A DNA stretch of 63,783 nucleotides, the filler included, from Basidiobolus ranarum (lineage: Eukaryota), in the NCBI GenBank assembly GCA_040143965.1. It is 21 parts of 21 records of this genome, joined end to end, with 100 filler letters (N's around TTAATTAATTAA, not from the genome) between each part and the next. Parts side by side here need not be neighbours in the genome. Positions count along the whole stretch, not along the records: positions 51,751 to 54,685 come from JASJQH010009727.1; positions 54,786 to 57,719 come from JASJQH010009728.1; positions 57,820 to 60,752 come from JASJQH010009729.1; positions 60,853 to 63,783 come from JASJQH010009730.1; 17 more parts are not named here. The stretch is one strand, 5' to 3'. This document shows, piece after piece, positions 52,288 to 63,783 of this stretch. Under the pieces are notes generated by a model. The model was not told where the DNA came from, made no database searches, and saw nothing but the letters and a program-made list of their open reading frames with translations. The position numbers and the translations under genes were made by a program. Each line of letters starts with the position of its first letter. Within the stretch, counting starts at the first letter, position 1.

Positions 52288-54785
52288 GAAGAAATGGTGA
52301 TTGTTGTGAAGATGCAATACCTCCTACAATGTCTCTCCTCTCCATTTTATACTAAATTCGTAAATAGTTGGCCATAGTTTCAAAGCAATTAATTGGATCT
52401 ACGATTTACCTTCGACTATAATGAAAAGGCGTGGATATTTGGGTTGCTTCCAATCCGAACACTCACCTCTCAGTTTTGGCAGCAGTGATTGGTGCACCTT
52501 AAAGACTGATTTAGTAATGATTCTAAAGATCTGTTGAAGATCCGCCAGTAACAATGATCGTTGCCTCGAATACATCGCAGAATATCCATTGAGATTTCTA
52601 TGTTACATGAGTCTATGTTATACGACGAATATTCCCACTACCGCAACGAATCCTCAAATCTCGCAGCTAGACGATATAGAAATGGACATCATGGTGAATC
52701 TCATGACCAAGGCCATGAGTAGCAACGAAACCATAGTACTCACGTGTGTTAGATTAGTAAAGGTATTTCCCTTGGCCATAAAAGGCAGCAGGTAACTCGA
52801 AAAGTATCATTGGTGTAGATTTTCGATATAAATATACATCAACTCTGATAACGAACACCTGAGACACTGACATGCCTCATTCTGGCCATAAGTGGCATAG
52901 GTATATATCGCGATTACCAGTCTTGGGTTTAATTCCTCTATATAATTTAATTTTGGAGAAAATCCTATTGTTTTGATCAAATTGCGAATGACACACAACC
53001 ATGCTTTTTCACAGGCCCTTGTTTATTCAAATAGCGCAATGTCTGAACTCCCCCACATATTCTGGCAGCGCAATGTACTATTTTTCCAAATCGAAACTGT
53101 CTTGTGTGAAAGATCCCCTGTAGAGTACAGCGAGAAATGAATACAAATAAATATGTGGCAATTACGGGAGCTCTGTACGAGCCCGCATCCCAATTGATGT
53201 AGAGTCAGGAAGCTAGATCCAAATAAATGTGCCATGCTCTCAATTCCATAACAGCTGGATGACTCTTTGCCAACTACATATGCTATAAGCGTACCAGAAT
53301 CACTTCCCCATATGGTGTACCACATTGCAGAAATTCTCTAGTAACCTTTGAACATTACATTACCATTGCTGATCCCCCTCTGATTGCATGGCTTTCTTGT
53401 GACAAGTTGCTAACACTGAAATCCACTTATGTAGGTGGTATTTGGTGAAAGACCTATTTGGAACATTACTTTACAACATACGTGAGAAAGTAATTCGTAA
53501 TATCGGATGCGTATGGTCACTAGCTGTGCCATTACAACCCGAGAGATTAGAAACCAGTTTTCAACCAGATACTTCATGTGTGTGCTGAATACTATAGGGT
53601 GGCCAGCAAAGACCTCAGAATCGAGATTCTACTAATCTGAGCTCTATTGCATCCTCATGCCACTAAGCCATTTTTTCGGAAAGTATATCGCAGTATTTCT
53701 GGCAATATGTCTATCACCTATGTTCTAGAATTGATCACTTGGACTCTGTACCGTCCAAACTTACCATAATCCATATTAGGCTCGTAGTAAGTCCAGAGGC
53801 CAAATACACGGGTGTTAGACTGTGGTAATTTACCTTTTGAGCAGATTTAAGAAAACCCCAAGTACAAAATGGATTAATACTACCAAGAATAATACCCGAT
53901 AAAGTAAAATCAATTTCATTGGCAATAAATAAATGCTAGTGCTGTATGCAATCAAACAACTTTAAGTTGAATAAACTTCCATTCCACAGGCTATTGCGAA
54001 CGCCAAGTTTCATCATCACCGATTCTAGATAGAGTTCCATTCCTGTATTTAGGTCTTATGCGTACTAACTGAGCGTGGCACACACTTCAGCATGAGGACT
54101 ATATTAAATTATTCGCATATTTGGAAGTTCCATATACCATCACGTCATTCTGACTTCTAGGGGGACCTATTCTTGCCATTAAGACCCGCTAAGTTGGTAT
54201 GCCAACATGGAAGCATCCTCAATCCCTGTTTGAGATATGAGCAATACGAATACGTGAAGGAGCTCCTGCTGAAGAGAGAATAGATAGTGTTCGCTAACGA
54301 CGACTTAGACGCATCCAATCCAATGAAGTCATGATAGAGTCCTTCAGCGGTGCGATCTCCCCTTGTAATTCTCATGTGTACAATGTAACAGTCAAGACTT
54401 GATACTAGAAGAAACAATGGGGCCTGTCAAACTACCTTAAGCATCCGACCTTGAAGCGAGGACAGCATCTGATACAGTTCGTGAGTCATACTAGCCACTA
54501 AAGTAGCGATGGTTCTCGAATAATGTGCCTTAGATCAATTTGGAACTGTCAGACATCCTATTTCGAGGATACCCGACTAGTGATCAATTCATCCATTTAC
54601 TCCACTAGTGATTTTTGTCTACAAAATGTACTTGTCGTCCCGGTATTTCGATTCCATACAGTAGCCAAAACTTGATTAAACTCCTNNNNNNNNNNNNNNN
54701 NNNNNNNNNNNNNNNNNNNNNNNNNNNNNTTAATTAATTAANNNNNNNNNNNNNNNNNNNNNNNNNNNNNNNNNNNNNNNNNNNN

Positions 54786-57719
54786 CAGATACTGAAAAAG
54801 CATGGCTAAGTCTATGGGTATCAGTCTTGGGACTAGCACCGGAATTTATAGGAAGAACCGATTCATTCTTCAGTGTGGGTGGAGATTCGATTATGGCAAT
54901 CAAGTTGGTGGCAGTGGCTCGCAAACATAACTATCGCATTACTGTCCAGAAGTTATTTGAATGGCCAACTATCGCAAAGTTAGCACAACGATGTACGGCT
55001 GTAGAAAATGAGAAAGCATTAATTGAGGAGATTGAACGTTACTCTTTACTTCGTCTAAACCCAGATGAAATAGACCAGTTATTATATGATGAAATTGAGA
55101 AAAACGGTATCGCACCATCTGAAGTCGACGATATGTATCCTTGTGCACCACTGCAAGAGGCGTTGTTCGCTATTGGTCTGAGAACAAAATCAGATTATTT
55201 AGCTCAACAAGTATTTATCTGTGGTGACGCATTGAACATTGATCGACTCAAGGCTGCTTGGTTGCTGGTGATTGAGGCTAATCCTATTCTCCGTACTACC
55301 ATCATGTTTACAAACTCAGGTCATTCACATTTGAGCGGATTGCAAGTAGTTCTTGGAAAAGAGAGTATCGACTGGAGACAAGTGAATGTTGAGAAGAATG
55401 AGAGCATGGATGAGGCACTTTCGAAGGTGTTAGAAGATGACCGGGAGCGTGGTATTGAAGCTGGGAAGCTGTTGACGAGATTTACTGTATTGACAAGTGA
55501 AGATGGAGTCTTATATTTTATATGGACAATTCATCACACACTGTACGACGGGTGGTCAATGGATCTCATTCTCAATGATCTTGTGACAGCTTATCAAGGC
55601 CAAGAAGTAGCCGCTAGGCCATCATACTCTCATTTCATCAATTATAATCTACAGCTTAGTAGAGAGGAATCAATTAACTACTGGTCTAATGTACTTAACG
55701 GGGTTACAAATACATGTATATCGAAAGCTTCATCGCTATCTCAAAAAGTAGAAGCACCCAAGGTAATGACATCGCGGATTCCTATCGACTTTGCAGAAAT
55801 CACCACCAAACACAACATCACCTTGGCCACTATCATAAACTTGGCCTGGGCAATCGTGTTAAAATATCATACTGGGAACTCAGATGTGGTCTTTGGAACG
55901 GTCAACTCTGGACGAAATGTTCCTGTGGATGGAATTGATCAAATTTGTGGACCTTGCTTAACAACACTACCAGTCAGAGTTAAACTTGAGGAAGACCTGA
56001 CAATTGCAGAAGTTATGTCTGGTATGCATGTCGAGCAGTTGGAACAATATCGCTATCAAAACATTGGCCTGCAAGATATTCAAAAGGAGTGCATCAATGT
56101 CCAAAATGCCAATCTATTTGATTCTCTCATTGTTGTGCAGAATCTTGGTATGAATAATATCGATGCCTTGATGAGTTCTGTTGGATTAGTGGCGATCAAA
56201 TCAGTAATGATACCAGATTTTCCACTGGTGGTGGAAATATTGATTGGCACTAATAATCATGAGATAACAATACATTATGATGAACGTAGAGTGCCGCTTG
56301 ACGAAGTCAATTCACTGTTGGGCCATTTTAGAACTGCACTAGTAAATATTGAAGCTAATGCTTCCACTCTAGTGAATGATTTCAGTATTATATCCCAATC
56401 AGAGTACCAACTACTGGACATGTGGGGAAGTGCATTGATAGATAACATCAATCATGGGTGCATTCATACTCTTTTTGAAGAACAGGTGTTGCGTACTCCC
56501 AACAACATTGCTGTGCAATTCGAGAAGAGTGAATATGTGACATATTCAGAGTTGAACAGAAGAGCAAATAGACTGGCATATTTTCTCATAGAATCAGGGG
56601 TTGGAGTTGAGTCGCTTGTACCATTGTGTTTCGACAAATCGATTGACATGGTCGTGGCAATGCTTGCTGTCCTCAAGGCTGGAGGTGCGTACGTACCGAT
56701 GGATCCTTCAAATCCTGATGAGCGCAATCATTTTATCATCCAAGAGACCCAAGCTCGAATTGTTGTGACAACAGGCAATTTCATCGCCAAGTTTGCTGAA
56801 ATGGATGTCACGACTATTGATACCCGTGCTCGATTGTTGTCCAGTCAGTCGGTCGACAATCCAGTTCTTCCAGGACTTAATAGCAGGAACCTGTGCTATG
56901 TAATTTATACATCTGGGTCTACTGGAACTCCAAAGGGTGTTATGCTCGAGCATGCTTCAGTGGTAAACTTTATCACAGGCTTGAACACAATATGGAATCA
57001 AGGATGGGATGATAATATATTGCAGTTTGCTAGTTACACATTCGATGCTTCCGTTGTTACAATATTTGCCACACTACTCACTGGAGCTCGCATATGTATG
57101 GCTAGTAAAGAATCATTGTTGTCAAATTTGGGTGGCATAATCGAGTCGATGAACATCACTTGCGCAGAGCTCACTCCTACCGTTGCAAGTCAAATTCAGC
57201 CACTAGAATGCCCCAGTCTTAAGAAGTTAATTCTGGGTGGTGAAATGGTAACAAATTCTATTCGAGATACATGGGCACCGCATGTTCAGCTAAGTAATGG
57301 ATATGGACCAACTGAAGCCGCAGTTGGAGTTACGATCAATCACTCCGTATCCGAAAGCACACAATGCAGAAATGTTGGAATGCCATTGCCGAACAACAAG
57401 ATCTTCATACTTGATTCCAATCTTCGAATTGTGCCACTGGGAGTGGTTGGTGAGTTGTGCATTTCTGGTATTCAACTTGCTCGAGGCTACCTGAATAGAC
57501 CGGACTTGACAGCAAAAACCTTTGTCGAAAATCCCTTCACTCCTGGAGAAAGAATGTACCTCACTGGTGACTTAGCGAAGTTCAGTTATGATGGCTCCAT
57601 CGAGATAGTTGGAAGAAAGGATAATCAAATCAAGCTTCATGGTCTAAGAATCGAATTGGAGGAGATAGAGCACATCATTCATCAACAAACAAGTGTTGCC
57701 AATACCTGTGTCCTTCCAG
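54786..57719 (+). CDS. Non-ribosomal peptide synthetase internal fragment (T-C-A)
   Basis: PCP FFSVGGDSI; C domain YPCAPLQE and HHTLYDGWS; A domain TYSELNRRAN, YVIYTSGSTGTPKG, FDAS, NGYGPTE, GEL...G..LARGYL, YLTGD, GRKDNQIKLHGLRIEL. Confidence 0.97.
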
Positions 57720-57819
57720 NNNNNNNNNNNNNNNNNNNNNNNNNNNNNNNNNNNNNNNNNNNNTTAATTAATTAANNNNNNNNNNNNNNNNNNNNNNNNN
57801 NNNNNNNNNNNNNNNNNNN

Positions 57820-57894
57820 GATATGATGTCTTAATCTAATAATCGAGGAGTTCTATTTGTAGTGGATCAGTATGCTGAGATTAGAATTATGACA
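57820..57894 (-). mobile_element. Gypsy LTR terminus
   Basis: Matches 141-215 and 59983-60057; ends ATGACA. Confidence 0.8.
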
Positions 57895-59100
57895 CACACT
57901 GTGTTTCTCCGTTAAACTTGTTGGTGTTCCATTACTACACACTCTGTGCCTAACAATTAGAACCTATTTCTAGTAATCTCAAGCATATATCTACTAGAAC
58001 ACTCTTTTTTCATAATGAATCAATAGGAATTCCATCTATACTGACTCTGTGTTAAACATTTAGAGCCCAATTTTGGAAATATCATGCTCAGGTACATTGT
58101 GACTCAACCATTTCTTTTGAATATGTCAGGACTTAGATATAACTGACTCTGAACCAGCAGGTAGAGCCCATTTTGGATCATATCATGCTTAAATCTTGTA
58201 GAACACACTGTTTCCCCGTTGAATTTACGGAATTTCATTTGTACAGACTCTGCACCAAACAATCAAAACCTCTCTCTTGTAATTTGATACCTATATCAAC
58301 TGAAACAATGTCTTTTCTTGTTGAATTAATGGAAATTCCATTAGTTCCAATTCTGTCACATAATATTTGAGCTTCTTTCTAAATATTTCATGCAGATAAC
58401 AACTAGAGCACTAGTGTTTCTTGTTGAAATATTAGAATACCTTTGGTACTAATTCTGAGCAAATAATTAGATCCCATTTCATATCATTTCATACCTAGAT
58501 CTATTAGAAAAACTCTTACCCATTGAAGTTGTAACTAGTCCATTACTACATACTCTGTGCCACAGAATTAGAGCCTATTTGTTTTAATTTTTTGGTTATC
58601 TGGACTGGAGAGCAATCCTTTCTTGTTAAATTAGTAGCACTATTTGTACTGATTCAGCTCCAGAAAATTGAAGGCCATCTCTGATTATTTCAAGCCTAAA
58701 TATATTAAAACACAGTCTATCTCATTGAATTTGAATGAATTCCATTAGTACTGATTCAGTGCCAAACAATTAGAGGCTATTTCTGGAAATCATGGACAAA
58801 TCCTTTTGAACACACTCTGTTGACTTTGATTTTTAAATAATCCTTTAGAACTGACTCTGTGCTTGGGAATTGGATCTTGTTTTTGATCAGTTAATGTTTA
58901 ATTCAATTGAACACAATTTGTCTCATTTGATTGGAAAGAATTGCATTAATACTGAGTCTGTTCCTGGAAATACAGCTCATTTCAAATCATTTCACACTTG
59001 ACTCCATTAGAACACTCTGTTTTGGCTCTGTATTTGAAACAAATTCCACAAACCTGACTCTTCACCAAACAATAACAGCCCATATATGATAGCTTTCATG
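57895..59100. repeat. Diverged tandem array, ~12 units of 100-103 bp
   Basis: Anchor (CTG)ACTCTG or variants at 57941, 58044, 58146, 58247, 58350, 58452, 58552, 58652, 58754, 58854, 58955 and 59057. Consensus TTCCATTAGTACTGACTCTGTGCCAAACAATTAGAGCC.ATTT...AGAACAC...TTGAAT. Confidence 0.85.
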
Positions 59101-59278
59101 ATCAATTAATGTCATTCTGTTGGACTGCACTTTTACCACTTTGTTTAGCCTTCTTTGTCTTCGTTCCTAGTCTTTTAGTAGCTTTTGATTTTCTTTCCTA
59201 ACCCGACCTCCCACCCGGGGGGCCCCCCTGTGCTTCCCCCTCAACCAAAGCAGCAAAGACGGGGGCCTCCCCCCAATC

Positions 59279-60057
59279 TGTTACTATGATGCTCAGGGCA
59301 AGTGAGATACAAATGCAACTCTAAATGTTTATACACTTCAAGAATCCACTCAACAATAACTAATATCTACAGCTATTGATAACCACCACTTAACAACCAC
59401 CCCCCCATGTATAATATATCCAATTGCTTCCATCTAATAAGATTTAATGCAACCAGAACATAGTACATAGTCTATAAAGGAAGGTAGAATCCACTCTAAA
59501 TAGTATCTATCTATGTTATAAACAAAGCCTAAGAGAAACATAAGTAAATGCTGCCATAGATACAAATTAACCAATACTCCATTGTAGAGATACCCTAACT
59601 ATCACAGAGATGAAATGCAACCAGTGTAATGAACATATTACAACAAAGAACAAATCTCTTCTGATGATTGGTCAGCAAGTGTAGAGGCTCAACAAAGTAT
59701 TTGCCACCATTACCAGATATGAAAAGTGAAACATACATACTGAATAGACAATATACTGTTGCAAGGTCAAGGGTTTGGATGTTGGGTACTACAAGGACCA
59801 ATTCCAAGAGGGATGCTGTAGGTATGATAAAGTGACCTTACATGGAAGGTTGTGGCAGCAATACATTATGAGTGGGGTGACATGAATGTTTAGGTTTCAT
59901 GGTATGTTCCAAACAACATGATTTTAGTATAAGGTAACATGGATGAGCTAACATAAGATTGCCAAGAAGGGATGGCACTGTAGATATGATGTCATAATCT
60001 AATGATAGAAGAGTTCTATTTGCAGTGGTTCAGTATGCTGAGATCAGAATCATGACA
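59279..60057 (-). mobile_element. Chromovirus 3' LTR (~780 bp)
   Basis: Minus strand TGTCATGA...GTAACA, preceded by PPT AAAGAAGGGGATAC (60058-60071). Confidence 0.75.
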
Positions 60058-60074
60058 GTATCCCCTTCTTTAAT

Positions 60075-60752
60075 GATGGCTTCCAGCCATCATAGGGCCA
60101 GGTTTTTCTGGGTAGGCTTCATGAAACTCCTGGCAAAGTTCCTTAGAATTGGGAAGATTTGTTGCTGGCTCCAATGATTGATCATTTGTTGGGTATCCCT
60201 TCCAGCCCACTAAAGATTGCAATTTATGTCAATAAATTCTGGAATCTTGAATTTTGCTAACTTTGTATTCAGGGTGTACATCCACTTGGATTGCTGGGAT
60301 TAGGTCAATGGATCAGCCCTGGATGGTGTTTCTGCCATGTGGCTCTAAGATAGACACATGGAATATCTTGTGGACTTTGAAATGGGCTTGGAGATCAAGG
60401 TGAAAGGTTATGGAATTGATTTGCTTAATAGTCTTAAAAGACCCTAGTCTTTTATGATCAAGTTTATCACAAGGTCTAGTGGTTTTGATTTTTTTTCAGA
60501 GTAGCCAAACATAATTTTCTGGCTTGAGATCTGGGTTTAGCTTTCTTTTCTTAACAGCAATGCTGTTGTATTTGGATTGGCATGCTCCAACTTGGATATT
60601 GATTGTGTATGGATGTCCTCAAGGAAAGTGGCATTGTCTGTGGCAGCAGGGCAAGGTAGATTGGATGGTGGGTGAATTGTGAAACAAGGATGGAATCTAT
60701 AATTTGCAAAGAAGGGAGTTTGTTTTGTTGAGGTATGATAAGAGTTGTTGTA
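60075..60752 (-). mobile_element. Ty3/Gypsy integrase C-terminus with chromodomain, degenerate
   Basis: TKQTPFFANY, KLDHKRLG.F, EYKVSKIQDSR...LVGWKGYP..DQSLEP..NL....EFH..YPEKPGP. Confidence 0.88.
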
Positions 60753-61299
60753 NNNNNNNNNNNNNNNNNNNNNNNNNNNNNNNNNNNNNNNNNNNNTTAA
60801 TTAATTAANNNNNNNNNNNNNNNNNNNNNNNNNNNNNNNNNNNNNNNNNNNNAGTGTTTCATAAACACATAGACAACTTTAATCTAACTAAAGCAATTTA
60901 TGCTATATTTAACTGCGATCCATATTGATTTTGCATGATGTGCTAAACAGTAAAGATGGGATAGTGTAAGTATTAACAAGAGAATTCAGCAGTTGCCTAG
61001 GTTTGAAGCAGTACATGCAAATTTGCTTCTGTTACTTTTATTATCTCTTTGTTATTTCCATGGAAGGAACATTGCTTGAGCCACTGTGCTGAGTTGGCCA
61101 GTTCAATCCTGCTGAAGTTCCTCTACCTTGGCCAGCATGAGTTGTGGCTTAAGGTCAATGTGCTGTGGTATGTATTGGCTTGTCTGTTCTAGTTTGCAGA
61201 TTGTGGGTATCTACAGTCACTTCTTCAGATGTGGAGCCTTCACCTAATGGGTCAACCAGCCACTGCTGCTTGTGTGCAGCTCTACACATTGACCCAGAA

Positions 61300-61660
61300 T
61301 GTCTCACTTGAGGTTTGTGCTCTATAGTTATTGCTTCTTCAACCACAGTAGAAGCTTCATCTCTTTTGACTGGCCATGGCCAAGGTTGCATGACAGTATG
61401 TGTTGGAGCAAGTTGTCTACCTTTGGGTTCATACTTGACAGTTATTGCTTCTTCAATCATGGTGGAATGTTCATCTCTTTTGACTGGCTGTGATCATGGT
61501 TGCATAGCAGTATGCATTGGGGCAAGTTATCTACATTGAGGTTTGTGTTTGGCAGTTCTAGCCTCTTCAACCATAGTAGAAATTTCATCTCTTTTGACTG
61601 GTCATCATGACCTTTGTTGCATGGCAGAGTGCATTGGATAAATTATCTACCTTAAGATTT
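61300..61660 (-). repeat. Three 114-bp (38-codon) tandem repeats in a decayed minus-strand ORF
   Basis: CATCTCTTTTGACTGG at 61358, 61472 and 61586; peptide ...QPWP.PVKRDE.ST.VEEAIT..HKPQ.R... Confidence 0.8.
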
Positions 61661-62273
61661 GTGTTTGACTGATGTTTGTTGCTGTTGCATGGTAGTATGT
61701 GTTAAGCCGGTATGTCATTCTGGTGGCATGCTCCTTAAAGCTGACTCTTCTCCAGATGTAAAATGCTCATGGGATGGTTTGGTTGAAGCAGGTAAATTGT
61801 ATACCATGATGCATGAGAATGTGGGCAATCCTCTTTATGGTTCTTCATCAATTGCCTGCTCTTCATCAAAAACAGGAGAAACACCATGGACTCTTACAGG
61901 CTGGCATTGCTGTCAATGTGTACAACTAGCTGATGAACCGACTTTTTGGGCTCTTGCCCTTGCTAGAGGTGTTATCTCAATTCTAGTGAAGAGTTGTGTA
62001 GATTCTTCTTATGAATAGATACCAGGTTAGAAGTCTATGTGATTTGAAGTGATCTAGTACATCTGTGCAATGGTCTTGACTGCTCAAATTGGCCTTTGGG
62101 AATATCTTCTGATTCAATAAATTGTCTTGGTTTTCCCTTTACACCCCTGTTGATTACTCTTGCCATAGTTTACTGAAATGTTATTTCAAACTCTGCAACC
62201 TCCATCAAAAGTTGCTGAAAAGTCTCATTGAGTAGCAATAGATAGACTTGTTCCATTTTATTGAGCCAGATCA

Positions 62274-63400
62274 GGCCAGCTAAAAAGTATGCCGGCACAA
62301 ATTGGCATGATTGGGCACTATCCGGCATGATGTTATTTACTGCTTTGGAAACAGTCTATTTTACTTATGTGATATAATTGAGAAATGTATCATTAGACAT
62401 TATTGCAAATTCAAAGATGAAGAAAGCTTTATTCATAGTTTCTTAAGTCTAGAGCTATCAATGGATATCTTTGAGTATGAATGTATTGAGAATTAATCAA
62501 GATTTTGACTGCTTTGCCTAACTTTGATTGAGGCCCATAAAATAAATTTCCTCTATAATTTCCTGCCACAATGCTATATCTCTTTAGGAAATCAAAGCTA
62601 TGTTCTACTCTTGCTCTAAAAAGGGAAAAGATGTCATTATAAAGCTTTTGCCTCTCTGTGAGTATCCTTCCACTGGGCCCCTTATTAGCAGTGACACAGC
62701 CTAGCCTTCTGCATTCTTCCCCAACATAAGCCAAATCAGCCATAGTCTTCTCATATTGTACAAATGGTGCATGCCTCTCAACCCAAAGCCTTTTGTCATG
62801 GTGTCTCCATGAATGTGACCCACTAAACCAAAGGATGTTTCCTTCCAAATCTGTTAACGCCTGGAACTTTACACAGTGGGCTTTGTACTTGAAAGAATAG
62901 AATAGCTTTTGGTTGCTTTTGGGCCTGTTAAATCTAACTGTAAATGTTTCAAGAATACTTCTGATATGAACTCTATTGGGAAATACTCCTGGATTTGGAA
63001 GGCAATTAGAGTCTCTAAATCTTTTGTCCCAGGCACCTTCAACATCATTCATCACTAAAGCTAGATTATTTTCAGTTACCTGAAGCCTTGTATGGAAGCT
63101 TCTCCAACTTTTGCTACCATTAATAGTGCACTAAAATCTGATTGAACAATAGTTTTTGTAGTAACAAAACAAATAGACCAGCTGCTTTCTGGTAGGTATT
63201 GGAGTATATGAGCCACAGTATTTCTCAAGTATAGCTTCTATGGTGGTGATAGGAAAGCCAGTAGTTGCTTTTGGATTAATCAGGAATGACCATTTAGAGT
63301 AGATTAAGAGCATGATATTAATCTTGTGTAGAGGTGGCACAATACTGCTCAATCTGGCATGTGTAGGTTATTTATCTAAGAATTTCAATTACTATGGTAA
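62274..63400 (-). mobile_element. PIF/Harbinger-type (DDE_Tnp_4-like) transposase, disrupted, with candidate TIR
   Basis: YSFKYKAHCVKFQ, H.W..HDK, MADLAY, YN..FS..RARVEHSF..LK. N-terminal part in ORF 63131-63352. GGCCAGCTAAA at 62274 is a candidate terminus. Confidence 0.82.
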
Positions 63401-63783
63401 AGTTCCCCACAGTCTGTTCAATAAAATTTATGTTTGTATTTATTATCCTTATTATTTCAATTATGTGTAATTGCATGGAAATTATATTATAAACTGCATC
63501 AGCAAAGTTAAGCATAGTTTGATCTAAATCAGTTTATTTAGTGTACATATCAAAATGGCTCAAGGTGGACTGCATCATGCTTGATCACACTACTGGCAAT
63601 TAACTTTGATATTTTAACCAATAATATAAAAAGATTCCTGCTTCTGATTGAAACCAATAAAGTCTAACATCATAGATATATATGGTAGTTACATATCATG
63701 TCAAAACAGATTCTTCCTGATTCACAACCTACTCTGGTACAGGAAACCACCACTTCCAAAACTTTGTGTGCGCAGTTGAGGGA

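Noticed and set aside
51751-57719. PTR2 transporter plus NRPS as a biosynthetic cluster
   Set aside because: They are on different contigs, adjacent only through length sorting.
57895-59100. TPR/ankyrin coding repeats or a hammerhead-ribozyme array
   Set aside because: The period varies from 100 to 103 bp, consensus frames have stops, and the CTGANGA...GAAA core is not conserved.

Overview
This window is not one locus. It is 21 unrelated contigs of about 2.93-2.95 kb, sorted by decreasing length and joined by 100-nt artificial spacers (N-run/TTAATTAATTAA/N-run), so adjacency across spacers means nothing. The content is a repeat-rich fungal nuclear genome, probably an early-diverging lineage (Basidiobolus-like is an inference only). 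Host genes, mostly partial: GCV2, CTP synthase, NST1-like, CLF1, U2AF large subunit, two tandem DHA2 MFS transporters, a C2H2 transcription factor, a PTR2-type transporter, a T-C-A NRPS fragment and two identical tRNA-Arg(UCG) genes. Decayed, CpG-poor transposons are abundant: two Copia LTR families with half-tRNAiMet primer sites, a chromodomain Gypsy, a CACTA/EnSpm-type and a Harbinger-type transposase. The most unusual material is 36561-40365 (two contigs). It is very AT-rich yet keeps its CpGs, and holds intronless compact ORFs with TAAATG starts, an intergenic 13-bp hairpin, a telomere-like tract, a ~12-unit degenerate repeat array and palindromic 47-bp repeats. It looks like DNA of a large DNA virus or virus-like element, and one piece abuts host Copia sequence. 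No viral hallmark gene is visible, so this remains a hypothesis. Also notable are a ~101.5-bp satellite flanked by chromovirus LTRs and an ABCG/RhoGAP chimeric junction.
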